64,000 nucleotides of DNA from Candidatus Saccharimonadales bacterium (GCA_036392795.1 DASVXH010000083.1:1563-65562); one strand, 5' to 3'; shown: positions 36,310 to 46,505, counted from the first letter of the stretch. Notes: a model not told the origin generated them from the sequence alone. Program-made: numbers and translations.

Positions 36310-36963
36310 ATGTTTGAGCTAGTAATTGTTGCCGCCTTTGGTCTACTCGCGTTCCATAACACCAAGATTCACGAAGATGAATTCGCCACCGCATCGCGCA
36401 AGATCGGCGATCGTCTGGGTAAGTTGTGGGATATCGCGCATCAAGGCATGCGTGAAAATCGCTTTTTACGTGCTGAAAAAGCCTTGCTAACTATTCTAAA
36501 AATAGACGAACGAAACGCTGCCGCCTACAACCGTCTGGGCATTTTGTATGCCAAACAAAAAGAATACCGCGATGCTATAGATTGTTTTGAAATCGCCAGT
36601 AGCATCGAAGCCACGCCGTCCAGCTTGCACAACCTTGGCCTTATATACTACGAAACCGAAAACTACCAAAAGGCCGGCATTGCCTTTGAGCAGGCACTGA
36701 AATTGGAAGATTCCTTGGCGGCCCGTCACGTTGCTTACGCAAAAGTTCAAGAAAAACTAGGCAACGAAAAGCTCATGTTCCAAGCACTAGAAAAAGCCGT
36801 AGAATTAGAACCCAATAAGGAAACTCTATCACTACTACACAAGGCCTACATTGACCGCAGTATGCAAGAGGATGCCGATAAAATCGAACAGCGCCTAAAA
36901 AAACTCATTATCCCGGCCGGCAAACCAAAACGCATGATGCGTCCAAAACGAGTAGTTGTCTAA
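36310..36963 (+). CDS. TPR-repeat protein with an N-terminal membrane anchor
   Basis: Repeated AxxxLGxxYxxxxxYxxAIxxFExAL units. TATAAT at 36293-36298 favours ATG 36310 over TTG 36301. Confidence 0.7.
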   Translation: MFELVIVAAFGLLAFHNTKIHEDEFATASRKIGDRLGKLWDIAHQGMRENRFLRAEKALLTILKIDERNAAAYNRLGILYAKQKEYRDAIDCFEIASSIEATPSSLHNLGLIYYETENYQKAGIAFEQALKLEDSLAARHVAYAKVQEKLGNEKLMFQALEKAVELEPNKETLSLLHKAYIDRSMQEDADKIEQRLKKLIIPAGKPKRMMRPKRVVV

Positions 36964-36987
36964 AACCGTTTATGGTATCATCCCTTA

Positions 36988-37479
36988 ATGCCATTAATTC
37001 ACATTCGCAACATTAATCAGGACCTTAGCGTTCCTTATCCACTTCTTGATGAAAAATATCGTGTAATGAACACCCTTGCTGATCAGTTGCACGGTGTAAA
37101 AGCAGAAATGCGCATTTTGCCGCCCGGCTTTGATGGCGATGTTACGCCCCATTACTGGCGAACCCTCGGCAATATGAGTTGTTTCATGGTAAAGGTTGCT
37201 CCTGAGGGCGAGCCAGAGAGAGCCGACGTTCGTATTTTAAGTGACTACAAATGGATTACCGATGAATTACCGCCCAATCAGCCCATCCCCGGCGTCGAGA
37301 GCCCTTTTGATGCGACAAAATTACCCGAAGTGGGTTCTATCGACGAAGAGGATCCAATTTTGATAATAGGCAGCATCACCATTGATCAGCGAATCTTGCG
37401 GATAGGCGGCGTCGTAGTACTTGGGGCCCCCGATCTTGTTCCAGCACTCACACACAAACTCCCCCTCGTTAGCCAATAA
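36988..37479 (+). CDS. Hypothetical protein, 163 aa
   Basis: Clean ORF; no motif recognised. Confidence 0.5.
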   Translation: MPLIHIRNINQDLSVPYPLLDEKYRVMNTLADQLHGVKAEMRILPPGFDGDVTPHYWRTLGNMSCFMVKVAPEGEPERADVRILSDYKWITDELPPNQPIPGVESPFDATKLPEVGSIDEEDPILIIGSITIDQRILRIGGVVVLGAPDLVPALTHKLPLVSQ

Positions 37480-37547
37480 AGCACCAAAAAGATTGCCCAA
37501 AACGCTGTATTCTGATAGAATTACATCTGTTACAGAGTCGTAGCGTT

Positions 37548-37623
37548 GCCGACATAGCTCAGTGGCTAGAGCGGCTGTTTTGTAAACAGCGGGTCGTGGG
37601 TTCGAATCCCTCTGTCGGCTCCA
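37548..37623 (+). tRNA. tRNA-Thr (anticodon UGU), CCA encoded
   Basis: Manual cloverleaf: acceptor GCCGACA/TGTCGGC, D arm GCTC/GAGC, anticodon stem GCTGT/ACAGC with loop TTTGTAA, T loop TTCGAAT. One U-U mismatch in the T stem. Confidence 0.85.
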
Positions 37624-37678
37624 TATATCACCACCTTCGGCTAGTCCGGACGGGAAATGATATAATAACAAATACCGC

Positions 37679-37763
37679 GCAGGGTTAGTGAAGCGGTCAA
37701 ACACAGCTGACTGTAAATCAGCCCTCTCCGAGTTCGGGGGTTCGAATCCCTCACCCTGCACCA
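37679..37763 (+). tRNA. tRNA-Tyr (anticodon GUA), class II with long variable arm, CCA encoded
   Basis: Acceptor GCAGGGT/ACCCTGC, anticodon loop CTGTAAA, 13-nt variable arm, T loop TTCGAAT, discriminator A. Confidence 0.9.
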
Positions 37764-37769
37764 CGTAAA

Positions 37770-37797
37770 AACACTCATCAAATGATGGGTGTTTTTG
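37770..37797 (+). terminator. Terminator after the tRNA pair
   Basis: ACACTCATC / GATGGGTGT stem followed by TTTT. Confidence 0.65.
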
Positions 37798-37810
37798 TTA
37801 TAGTGAAGAT

Positions 37811-38203
37811 ATGCCTAGGTTCAAACTCTCTAAATTGGTTCGGGATAAAATTGTCGATCATCAAATAAAATCAGGTGCAAAGCCATCGTTTCGTAAACTC
37901 GATCCGCTAGAGCATAAGCAAGAGCTCATAAACAAAATCATCGAAGAAGCACAGGAAATTCTACACTCCGATAGCGGACAAGTAGCCGCCGAAATTGCAG
38001 ATGTTCAGCAAGCACTCGACGACCTGAAAGAGCTTTGCGGGCTGACAGATGATGAAATCATGGCGGCACAAAAAGAAAAGAACGATAAAAATGGCGCTTT
38101 TAAACAGGGATATTTTATTGATCACATCGAAATCGATGAAAAGGACAAGTGGACTGCATACTACCGCGAAAATGCCGATCGCTATCCAGAGGTAATGCCA
38201 TAG
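37811..38203 (+). CDS. MazG-like all-alpha nucleoside triphosphate pyrophosphohydrolase (HisE/PRA-PH-like fold)
   Basis: N-terminal KLVRDKIVD and EEAQE ... AAEIADVQQALDDL pattern typical of the family. Confidence 0.6.
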   Translation: MPRFKLSKLVRDKIVDHQIKSGAKPSFRKLDPLEHKQELINKIIEEAQEILHSDSGQVAAEIADVQQALDDLKELCGLTDDEIMAAQKEKNDKNGAFKQGYFIDHIEIDEKDKWTAYYRENADRYPEVMP

Positions 38204-38277
38204 ATTCACATTAAGCAGGAACGGCAACAAGTGGCAGGCCGATTGACAATCAAATACATCTATTTTATTATTGTCCG

Positions 38278-38565
38278 ATGAGCAAAAAATTACTGGTGCC
38301 TATTTTGACCAATGATTATCCGGGAGAGGCAGCGACGCTAAGCGTGATCTGTTTCTCTGACGGCACCGTGTTTAAGGAAGTTCGGTGCGATACAGATATA
38401 CTAGTAGCACCTGCGCGCGTTATTACCGACATGACCGGGCAAAACTTTCCGGAATCAACTCCGAGCAGTGATAGTCCTTTTTCGGATTTTGTGGGCAGGG
38501 TGGTGCTCGCTTATTATCACGAGCATGGCGCCTTTCCTTCGTTCTTTGGTGACCGGGCCAGCTAG
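38278..38565 (+). CDS. Hypothetical protein, 95 aa
   Basis: ORF only; no motif recognised. Confidence 0.4.
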   Translation: MSKKLLVPILTNDYPGEAATLSVICFSDGTVFKEVRCDTDILVAPARVITDMTGQNFPESTPSSDSPFSDFVGRVVLAYYHEHGAFPSFFGDRAS

Positions 38566-38571
38566 CCAGAC

Positions 38572-39204
38572 ATGAACGAATTCGTTCTGTACGTAGATTT
38601 CGACTCGACATTATACGATGCCAAACGATTCGGACAGGATCTATTTGAAGTAATTGCAAAGCAGGCCGACGTGTCCAGCCGGAACGTGGCAGCCACGGTA
38701 GAGTCGTTTTTTACCCATCCGCAGCTTGGCGGTTATGACTTTGTGGGGCATATTACTTCTTTTGGACTGGACGCCAAAATAATGTGGAGGCAATTGGAAG
38801 AGCTTCTGGCGAAAAACAACTATCTCTACCAAGATAGCAGCGACTTCATTCGGACTGTTCGGCATTACGGCTATCGCCCAAAGATTTTATCTTTCGGCGA
38901 TGAGCGCTTCCAGAAACTTAAAATCCTTAGCGTTATACCCCTTTTAACCGGTGCCAATTCATCATCACTCGATGTTATTGTTATCGACCACAAAAAAGCC
39001 GATTATATCCGCGCTCATACCCCCGGCCAAGTCGGCGTGCTCATAGATGACGTACCGAATCAGAAATTACCTGCCGGGTTCACTGAAATTAACATAGACC
39101 GTCGTTTAAAACTTTCCAATCCCGTCAAAAATAAAGATGGCTATCAGATCAGCACTCTTGCGCAAGCGCATCACATTCTTGCTCAACTCACCAAATCTTT
39201 TTAA
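38572..39204 (+). CDS. HAD-superfamily hydrolase-like protein
   Basis: Motif I VDFDSTLYD and a late VLIDDVP acidic motif. Confidence 0.55.
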   Translation: MNEFVLYVDFDSTLYDAKRFGQDLFEVIAKQADVSSRNVAATVESFFTHPQLGGYDFVGHITSFGLDAKIMWRQLEELLAKNNYLYQDSSDFIRTVRHYGYRPKILSFGDERFQKLKILSVIPLLTGANSSSLDVIVIDHKKADYIRAHTPGQVGVLIDDVPNQKLPAGFTEINIDRRLKLSNPVKNKDGYQISTLAQAHHILAQLTKSF

Positions 39205-39290
39205 TCTAATACAGAAGTGCCTTCAGCACGTTAGATCGTATTACATCTGGTCAAAATGACATTTATTTGTTACAATCACTACTGATTTAC

Positions 39291-39365
<75 letters not shown>

Positions 39366-39418
39366 TGAATGAAAATACGGGTCCGCTGGCAGCGGGCCAT
39401 TTATATTAGAATCAAAGT

Positions 39419-39910
39419 ATGCAGACATCAGGTTATCTTCACGAACGGCTTAACCTCATAACTAATGTGCCTGGTCGGCCGCTTGACAAGGTCGTACAGG
39501 AAACATACGAACGCCTCACCCTGGAAAGAGACGATGTCCTGCGCAATCTACAGCGAATGGCATTGCGATACGTTTTACGCACCAGCACCAGTTGCAAAGC
39601 CTCAGAAGACATGTTTGGAGCGCCTTTTTTATTTGACCCTTTTTGGGGAGGCGCTTTGTCGGTTAACAGGCTGGACTATGCGGTTTATCAGGATGATACC
39701 GAGGTTACTCTGCAGGTTATGGGCCCTCGCGGCAATGACCCGCTGGTGAGTAGTAGCGTCAGCCAAGAATACAGGATCACCCCTGAATCGGTCACACTTG
39801 ACGATGATATTGTGTTATATCCGTATCAAATCGTAGGACTGAGCATAGACCTTTTGGCAGCCACAAATACACCAGCCCTCGCTGAAGTAAATAAGACACT
39901 ACGAGGCTAG
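39419..39910 (+). CDS. Hypothetical protein, 163 aa
   Basis: ORF only. Confidence 0.5.
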   Translation: MQTSGYLHERLNLITNVPGRPLDKVVQETYERLTLERDDVLRNLQRMALRYVLRTSTSCKASEDMFGAPFLFDPFWGGALSVNRLDYAVYQDDTEVTLQVMGPRGNDPLVSSSVSQEYRITPESVTLDDDIVLYPYQIVGLSIDLLAATNTPALAEVNKTLRG

Positions 39911-39912
39911 CA

Positions 39913-40410
39913 GTGGTAGCGGAAATGTCAGAAGGCTACTTTGAGCGCGCCATTCGGGAAACCGAGGGATGGATTCGCGAAAACCAAGACTGGTGTGCGG
40001 CAGAAAAAGCCATGCAAGAATTGGGGATTTTTCTTGCAGCGGCCATCAGAATTTTAGGCAGACCTTTGAGCGCGGACAACAACGATCGAGCGATCGAGCT
40101 GCCCGTTGATAAGGAGGGGCTCTGGACCCTCATGGTCACCACTGACGAGCAACATCGCCAAGAGCATCCCGCAGAAGAGGCCATTGATCTATTTCTCCTA
40201 TACGAGGGCGAAGACGACCCAAACAACGGTATAGCTGCCACCGAACTATACTTGTTCAAAAGAGAAGGCAAATGGCTCACCGGCCAGCCGGACGTAGATC
40301 AATCGTATGATGAAATCGCCAGAATATCGCGTTTTGTCGTAGCCTGTGTAAAAAATTACGAGCAGCAACATGGAATCACGGCACCACTAGAGCAAAAAGG
40401 CGACGCCTGA
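39913..40410 (+). CDS. Hypothetical acidic protein, 165 aa
   Basis: ORF starting 3 nt after the previous stop (GTG 39913, or ATG 39925). Confidence 0.5.
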   Translation: MVAEMSEGYFERAIRETEGWIRENQDWCAAEKAMQELGIFLAAAIRILGRPLSADNNDRAIELPVDKEGLWTLMVTTDEQHRQEHPAEEAIDLFLLYEGEDDPNNGIAATELYLFKREGKWLTGQPDVDQSYDEIARISRFVVACVKNYEQQHGITAPLEQKGDA

Positions 40411-40480
40411 CGTACATCAACCTACAGAATCCAGTCACAAGTTACAAAAAAGCTCGGCACCAAACAAGCGTCAATAACCA

Positions 40481-40509
40481 TTTACAAAAATAGCCGTATC
40501 TGTTAAAAT
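40481..40509 (+). promoter_or_regulatory. Candidate promoter for rpmG
   Basis: TTTACA (40481-40486), 17-nt spacer, TAAAAT (40504-40509), preceded by TG at 40501-40502 (extended -10). Confidence 0.45.
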
Positions 40510-40541
40510 TTGATGAGACTAATTTATAAAGGTTAAGAATT

Positions 40542-40742
40542 ATGGCTAAAAAGAGCGATAAGCGTAAAATTGTTGGTTTGGTCAGCGAAGAGTCTGGCGA
40601 GCGTATTTATTACACAAGCAAAAATTCCATGAACACTCCCGAAAAGTTGCAGCTGCGCAAATACAGCAAAAAACTGCGCAAGCACGTGTTGTTCGTTGAA
40701 ACCAAGAAAAACCTGGGCCGCAACGAAGCCCCCAAGCGTTAA
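40542..40742 (+). CDS. rpmG: 50S ribosomal protein L33, Cys-free (C-) form
   Basis: [33 protein letters not shown] matches the L33 core. No Cys residues. Confidence 0.85.
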   Translation: MAKKSDKRKIVGLVSEESGERIYYTSKNSMNTPEKLQLRKYSKKLRKHVLFVETKKNLGRNEAPKR

Positions 40743-40769
40743 TGCTACGTCACATTGCATAGTAGAGAA

Positions 40770-40799
40770 ATAACCGCCATCACCCCGGCGGTTATTTTA
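40770..40799. terminator. Terminator between convergent rpmG and the GH15 gene
   Basis: ATAACCGCC (40770-40778) / GGCGGTTAT (40787-40795) followed by TTT. Confidence 0.7.
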
Positions 40800-40826
40800 T
40801 GTGTTTTGGCGGCAGCACCCACACCA

Positions 40827-42770
40827 CTATGACTTAATTTTATGCAAGTCCAGCACCGTATTAATCAACTCGGCGTGGCTCCAGACAAGCGGCGTAACCG
40901 ATACGGTCTCTCCGGTAATAGGATTGATCTGTTCAGACAACATACCACTCGGTAAAGCGTGCGCCATGCACCAGCTAATATAATTCTTCGCTCGATCTAG
41001 CTGCCCAATCCGTATATAATACTGAGCCATCCATAACGTCGTAACGTGCCAGGGATTTCCGGGATAGTCATCATACGCCCGAAAATAATAATCGTTTTCG
41101 TAGCGCGGCGATCCGCCTGAAGGCGATTTATCAAGCAGAATATCCTCAATCGCTCTGGCTGTTTGTTTGATGTAGTCCGACCCCATATCCGTCGCAAACA
41201 TTAATGGACCATAAAAGCTAGAGACGTCCAGAGTGTTGTCGAACGTCAGCGAGCCGTCCTCTTGCAGCAAAAATCCCTTACGAAAAGCACCGCGCTCAGC
41301 ATTAAAGAATACTTTGCTGTTTTCCAGAATTTCGGCCGCAACCGCACGCCAGCGTACGGCGTCGTCGGGATATTCAAATATCTCGGCAAAATCGGCAGCG
41401 GTCAAAAGCGCCTGGTATACGACAGCCGTCGTATACGTACTGGTCAAAAATCGCTCTTCCCATAAATCATAACTAGCGTGCGGCAATTTAGTATGATCGT
41501 CGATGAAATCGGCAATAAAATGAGCGCCGGGCTGAATAAACGTATTATAAAGACTAAACACAAAATCATGATCGTCGCTGTAGTCGTAATATTCGCCCAG
41601 CATATAGATAACAATGGCCGTTTCATCTTCTTGGATTGCCAACTCTTTGCGTTTACCGTGCAGCAACGGATGCCAGGTACTGCCAATGGCGCGGTCCGGC
41701 TGATATTTGTGCATCAGGTAACCTTGGTTGGTCATAATATCCCGACAAAATTCGAATAATTTACGCGGCTCTTCGCGGTAGCCCAGCCGGATAAGCGGCC
41801 ATACGGCATAGGCGCCATCGCGCGGCCAAACGTAGCTATAGTAGTCGCGGCCAAAATTGTATATCGATGAATCGCAGCTGGCCACCACACCACCGCGCTT
41901 GTCGCAGTGTACTTTTATGACCATCAGCGACTTTTTGACCATGTCCACATATTCATCTTCAATACCATGCAGCTTGCCGGAAGCTGTTGATAGCCAGGTT
42001 TGCCAGTATTGACGGGTCATTTCCTGGCGCCGCTCAATACCTTCGGATAGGAACTGATGATGAATTTTTTCGGCACTAAACTGGGAGTCGGCGGCGATAA
42101 TCCAATAGTCGATTCGCGTTTTTTCACCGCCAGCCAGCCCACAAGGAAAACGCATGACTGAATCGACGCCGCCGTGCTCAACTGCATTTCCTGACAATTC
42201 GCCGTCTTCGGCATCGCGGTATGTACCTTCTTTGCCTTCGATGGCGTAGTTGCCTACGGCGAACTGATCATACACGGTGCCGTTTTCGTTTTGACCGTAG
42301 ATTAGAAGTGCACAGCGCCCTTTGTAATCTAAAATGTAATTTTCGTCAGGCACAAACATCGCCGTATCGGCGCGACCACCCCTGGAAATCTGGAATACTT
42401 GGTGCGTAAACAGGCGAATATCATGATATTGTTCCGAGGTATTTTTAACACTAATACGACGACAAAACGCATTAACCTCGCTGTCCACAAAATCATTAAA
42501 GACCAGCTCCACTCCGGTGGCTTCGTGGCGGGCAGTTATGTCGCTAATCAATGCATTGGAATCGAAATCAATCGACATTTTCCAACTACCGTCATCCATC
42601 CAGGTAAACAACCCGTCCACCCAAACGCCAATTTTATGGCGCATACTGCGAGCATTAGTAAGATTATCCAGCCCAACATACGGATAGTAAAAATCATGGA
42701 CCAATCCGTAACTACCCAAGCCCACGGTCAAGCTGCCGTTGCCCAGCATTACAGGCCGGCCAATACTCAT
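40827..42770 (-). CDS. Glycoside hydrolase family 15 (glucoamylase/glucodextranase-like)
   Basis: 647 aa; YSYVWPRDGAY and DLWEERF regions typical of the GH15 catalytic domain. Confidence 0.8.
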   Translation of the reverse strand: MSIGRPVMLGNGSLTVGLGSYGLVHDFYYPYVGLDNLTNARSMRHKIGVWVDGLFTWMDDGSWKMSIDFDSNALISDITARHEATGVELVFNDFVDSEVNAFCRRISVKNTSEQYHDIRLFTHQVFQISRGGRADTAMFVPDENYILDYKGRCALLIYGQNENGTVYDQFAVGNYAIEGKEGTYRDAEDGELSGNAVEHGGVDSVMRFPCGLAGGEKTRIDYWIIAADSQFSAEKIHHQFLSEGIERRQEMTRQYWQTWLSTASGKLHGIEDEYVDMVKKSLMVIKVHCDKRGGVVASCDSSIYNFGRDYYSYVWPRDGAYAVWPLIRLGYREEPRKLFEFCRDIMTNQGYLMHKYQPDRAIGSTWHPLLHGKRKELAIQEDETAIVIYMLGEYYDYSDDHDFVFSLYNTFIQPGAHFIADFIDDHTKLPHASYDLWEERFLTSTYTTAVVYQALLTAADFAEIFEYPDDAVRWRAVAAEILENSKVFFNAERGAFRKGFLLQEDGSLTFDNTLDVSSFYGPLMFATDMGSDYIKQTARAIEDILLDKSPSGGSPRYENDYYFRAYDDYPGNPWHVTTLWMAQYYIRIGQLDRAKNYISWCMAHALPSGMLSEQINPITGETVSVTPLVWSHAELINTVLDLHKIKS

Positions 42771-43975
42771 AGCCGCACTCCCTTTTGATGAATTCGCGAA
42801 CGCATGTCATGATAGGCGTTCATAAAGGCGATGTAAGCATCGTACGGGTTTTCGTAGGGGCTAAAATAGGCATGAATATCGCCGTCGTTAAACCATTTAG
42901 TACACATATAGTAAAAGTGATCCGACGTCTGCAGGCGACGCCAATCTTCGATCAAGGCCAGATCGCTCGTCTGATGAACTGCGGATTCCAGTTCGTACAA
43001 GCCCGTAATAGCCGCGGACTGCATACTGTTGCCTAGCCACGCACTCAAATCACGCTCGGTGTCTGCCCAAGTGATGGTCTGAGGGACATCAACGGTATCT
43101 ACCGGGTCGAATAAATCAATAGATTCACTCACCGTTGCAAAACGGTTGCCCGGCGTACGTAGCCATTCGCCGGGCAAATGTTCGAGAAAGTCAAAAATAC
43201 CAGACGCTTCCCATTGGTGTTCGCCAAAGGTCTCGTAGTCCATAAATAGATTGAAAACCTGCGCGTCGTGCATGTCATTTAGCCAGCCGCTGAATTTATC
43301 AGCCGTCAGTGGCCAGCCGCTCCAGTCGCGGTCGCCAAATCGAAATGCAATATCATCGCTCAATCGGTAGTTTTTTGTTAACAGCCGAATGTCATCGGTG
43401 TAGGCGGGACGATATACATAGTTGGCGCTGCGCCAGCCCAAAACCTTGTCCCAGCCTTCGGCGAGGATTCCCTTGTAGCCAGCTTTGTCCGCCCAATACG
43501 CCAGGTCGTTATTGTAAGCCAGCTCTGTATTGCGGAAGACCTTTGGCGTTTGGCCAAAGACAGCTTGCACTTTCTCGCGGTGCATCCGTACTTGTGCCTC
43601 AAACTCAGTACGCGAATAAAAGAATGCCAGACTATGATGGTATGTCTCTCCCACAATTTCGACACGGCCGGTATTTACCAGGTCGACAAAGGATTGCAGG
43701 ACGTGTGGGGCCCAGCGCTCCAGTTGTTCGATTACTGTGCCCGTTATTGACATGCTAAGGCGAAAGTCGGGATACTCTTGCAATAGTTTGAGCAGACGCT
43801 GATTCGTAGGCAGGTATGACTTTTCGGCGACCTTGTGTACGATACGTTCGTTACTGGTGCGATCGTCGTAGTCGGCATCAAAATAGTCATGCCGATTGGC
43901 AATATCAAATATGGTGTAGTAACGTACGCGAAACGGCTGGTGTACATGCAGATAGAGCGAGATTGCTTTTGTCAT
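42767..43975 (-). CDS. Glycoside hydrolase family 57 (alpha-amylase-like)
   Basis: N-terminal LYLHVHQPFR motif. 4-nt ATGA overlaps with both neighbours. Confidence 0.7.
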   Translation of the reverse strand: MTKAISLYLHVHQPFRVRYYTIFDIANRHDYFDADYDDRTSNERIVHKVAEKSYLPTNQRLLKLLQEYPDFRLSMSITGTVIEQLERWAPHVLQSFVDLVNTGRVEIVGETYHHSLAFFYSRTEFEAQVRMHREKVQAVFGQTPKVFRNTELAYNNDLAYWADKAGYKGILAEGWDKVLGWRSANYVYRPAYTDDIRLLTKNYRLSDDIAFRFGDRDWSGWPLTADKFSGWLNDMHDAQVFNLFMDYETFGEHQWEASGIFDFLEHLPGEWLRTPGNRFATVSESIDLFDPVDTVDVPQTITWADTERDLSAWLGNSMQSAAITGLYELESAVHQTSDLALIEDWRRLQTSDHFYYMCTKWFNDGDIHAYFSPYENPYDAYIAFMNAYHDMRSRIHQKGVRL

Positions 43976-45198
43976 ACTGCCATCCCTTGGGGCACAGGCT
44001 GCACCTGACCATCATAAATTCCTAGTAGTTTATCGGCCGAATGTTCCCAGGTATGTCGCAAATATTCGCGCAGCGAATTGGCGTGCAGTTCATCGCGCAG
44101 CGCGTCATTTTGCACCAACGACACCATCTTGTTTGCCATTTCGTCAATATCCCAAAAGTCTACTTTGAGCGCGTTTTTGATCATCTCAGATACACCAGTC
44201 TGGCGGCTAAGCAATACTGGCGTGCCGTAACCAATTGACTCTAGGGCAGTCAGCCCAAACGGTTCTGATATTGACGGCATTACGAACAGATCGGCGATCG
44301 TATAGGCATCGCGGTAACCCTTGCCGCGCTGAAAATCAGCAAACAGTACATTCCGTCCAATTCCCAGCTCGGCCGAGAGTGCTACCAGTTCGTTGCGTTG
44401 GTCACCCGATCCAACAAACAGTAGTAACGTCTTGGGCGCGAAACGCACCACTTTTTGAAAAGCATGCAGCAGATTGGGTAGACCCTTTTGAATAGTCAGC
44501 CGACCAATACTAGCCACCACTTTATACCCTTGGCGTTTCATTTCTTCCAGGTAGGTGTACATGTTTTCGGTACCGATCGGAGCAATCAAATCTCTTGGAT
44601 CGAAATGATTGTGCACCACGTCAATTTTGTCAGCCGGAATGTGGTATTCGCGGACGATGGCGTCTTTGGTATGCTGACTAACGGCTACAATGCGATCGGC
44701 CAGCAGTAGCGCCAGGTTTTCGATTTCGCGCACCAACGGATTTCCGCCGTGCTCTTTGCCGGCGCGGTCCGACTCTATGGAATGTAAATGCACCACCAAG
44801 GGCTTGCCAGTCATAGTTTTGGCACGAATTGCGGCACGGCAAGTAAGCCAGTCGTGCGCATGAATAACATCAAATGACGCCCCAGCAACCACGCGCTCGA
44901 TAGCTTGCTCATAAATAGCCACCTGACCAAATAGGTCAACATGCTGAACCTCACCGGATGATTTAACATACTTAAAACTATCGTAAGCAATGCCGGCCTT
45001 CAATACCGCTTCGACATCCTGAGGGTGCGCTGCCGAAACGCGCATAAAATCGATGTCCGAATGATCGGCAGTGTAGGGAACTACGAATTCGATGTCAGCG
45101 CCTTTTTTTGCGAGAGCATTACACAGCTGGTAGCAAGCGACCCCCAGTCCACCACTATTATGAGGCGGTAATTCCCACCCAAGCATCAGTATCCTCAT
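43972..45198 (-). CDS. Glycogen/alpha-glucan synthase-like GT-B glycosyltransferase (GT4/GT5)
   Basis: MRILMLGWELPPHNSGGLGV N-terminus and EPFGLTALE (E-x7-E) motif. Confidence 0.8.
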   Translation of the reverse strand: MRILMLGWELPPHNSGGLGVACYQLCNALAKKGADIEFVVPYTADHSDIDFMRVSAAHPQDVEAVLKAGIAYDSFKYVKSSGEVQHVDLFGQVAIYEQAIERVVAGASFDVIHAHDWLTCRAAIRAKTMTGKPLVVHLHSIESDRAGKEHGGNPLVREIENLALLLADRIVAVSQHTKDAIVREYHIPADKIDVVHNHFDPRDLIAPIGTENMYTYLEEMKRQGYKVVASIGRLTIQKGLPNLLHAFQKVVRFAPKTLLLFVGSGDQRNELVALSAELGIGRNVLFADFQRGKGYRDAYTIADLFVMPSISEPFGLTALESIGYGTPVLLSRQTGVSEMIKNALKVDFWDIDEMANKMVSLVQNDALRDELHANSLREYLRHTWEHSADKLLGIYDGQVQPVPQGMAV

Positions 45199-45230
45199 TG
45201 CTCTTTGCCGGTGCTTTCGTTTATAGATGT

Positions 45231-45260
45231 ATTATAAGCTCAAGTACCTAGCAAGCACAA
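45231..45260 (-). promoter_or_regulatory. Candidate promoter for the GT-GH57-GH15 operon
   Basis: On the minus strand: TTGTGC (45260-45255), 18-nt spacer, TATAAT (45236-45231). Confidence 0.4.
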
Positions 45261-45287
45261 CCTTTTTAACTAGTTTTAAGAACTTTT

Positions 45288-46505
45288 TCAGTCTTTCATC
45301 AGGCGTTCCAGAGCAATCTCGAACGCAGCCTGCTTGAGCGATAATTTACGCGCAGCAGCCCGATCCAGCATGTCATTGGCAGCTTGCACCAAAATCTCGG
45401 TCAATTTGTCGTTAACTTCTTGCTCGGACCAGTGTTTGTCCTCTTTGTTTTGCAGCCACTCCAGATACGACACGATCACGCCGCCAGCATTAGCCACCAC
45501 ATCGGGCAATATTATGACACCACGGGAATTCAACGTATTTTCAGCCAGTGCACTTACCGGTCCATTAGCCAATTCGACGATGATATCCGCCTTGACATTA
45601 TCTACATTATGTTCGGTTACTGCGTCTTCTAGCGCGGCCAAAACTAAAATATCGACCCTCATAGAGGTAAGCAGACTACTCGGCTGAGGCGTCACCAGCT
45701 GCAGGTCATGCAGCGCTTCGGGGCGAGGCGTGCCCCCCGGGACGTGAACGGCATTCGTAACATCGATACCGTCCGGCTGAACCCAGGTATGCTTGCTATT
45801 AGAAATGGCGATGAGCTTTAGATTAGGGTAGTCACGCAGCACTTTTGCAAAAAAGTAGCCGACATTGCCGAATCCTTGCATAGCAATCGTCAGTGGTTTA
45901 TCCCGCATATTCTGCCGTTTTAATAATTCGACTAGTGCAAGTACGCCGCCCCGGCCAGTTGCCGCTTCGCGCCCCTCGCTGCCGCCGTTTTGCATGGACT
46001 TGCCAGTAAACGATGCTTTGTCCGATTTTCCAACCGTTTGTTCATACTCATCAACCATCCAGTCGATTATTTCTGCATTAGTGTTAACGTCCGGGGCGGG
46101 GATGTCTTTTTGGGAGCCGATATGCGGGGACAAGTGATTGGCGTAGCGGCGCGCCAGCAGCTCGACATCTTTTTTACTGAGACCGCGTGGGTCAACGGCG
46201 ATACCGCCTTTGCCGCCACCAAGCGGCAAGCCCACGGCTGCAGTTTTGAAGCTCATTAGCGTAGCTAGCGCTCGTACCTCTTCGATAGTGACATGTGGAT
46301 GGAATCGGATACCACCCTTATAAGGTCCGCGCTTACTGTTATGCTGTACACGAAAGGCCGGATACCGTCTGCCGTTTACCTCGATGGCAAAGATATGCTC
46401 GGCTTCCGCCTCCAAAACGGAATGGATAGTTTTTTGATCGTACCCCAAGCGCTCGGCAGCTTCACGGATGGCAGACTGGGCGGTTTCTAACATAGTTTTG
46501 CTCAT
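45288..46505 (-). CDS. gdhA: Glutamate (Glu/Leu/Phe/Val-family) dehydrogenase
   Basis: KGGIRFHP ... GLPLGGGKGG active-site motif. Start is either ATG 46505 or TTG 46541, which overlaps the upstream stop. Confidence 0.9.
   Translation of the reverse strand: MSKTMLETAQSAIREAAERLGYDQKTIHSVLEAEAEHIFAIEVNGRRYPAFRVQHNSKRGPYKGGIRFHPHVTIEEVRALATLMSFKTAAVGLPLGGGKGGIAVDPRGLSKKDVELLARRYANHLSPHIGSQKDIPAPDVNTNAEIIDWMVDEYEQTVGKSDKASFTGKSMQNGGSEGREAATGRGGVLALVELLKRQNMRDKPLTIAMQGFGNVGYFFAKVLRDYPNLKLIAISNSKHTWVQPDGIDVTNAVHVPGGTPRPEALHDLQLVTPQPSSLLTSMRVDILVLAALEDAVTEHNVDNVKADIIVELANGPVSALAENTLNSRGVIILPDVVANAGGVIVSYLEWLQNKEDKHWSEQEVNDKLTEILVQAANDMLDRAAARKLSLKQAAFEIALERLMKD

Noticed and set aside
37321-37764. 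147-aa minus-strand ORF
   Set aside because: It overlaps two well-folding tRNA genes (Thr-UGU, Tyr-GUA) and the 3' end of the 163-aa gene, so it is an artefact of the ORF scan.
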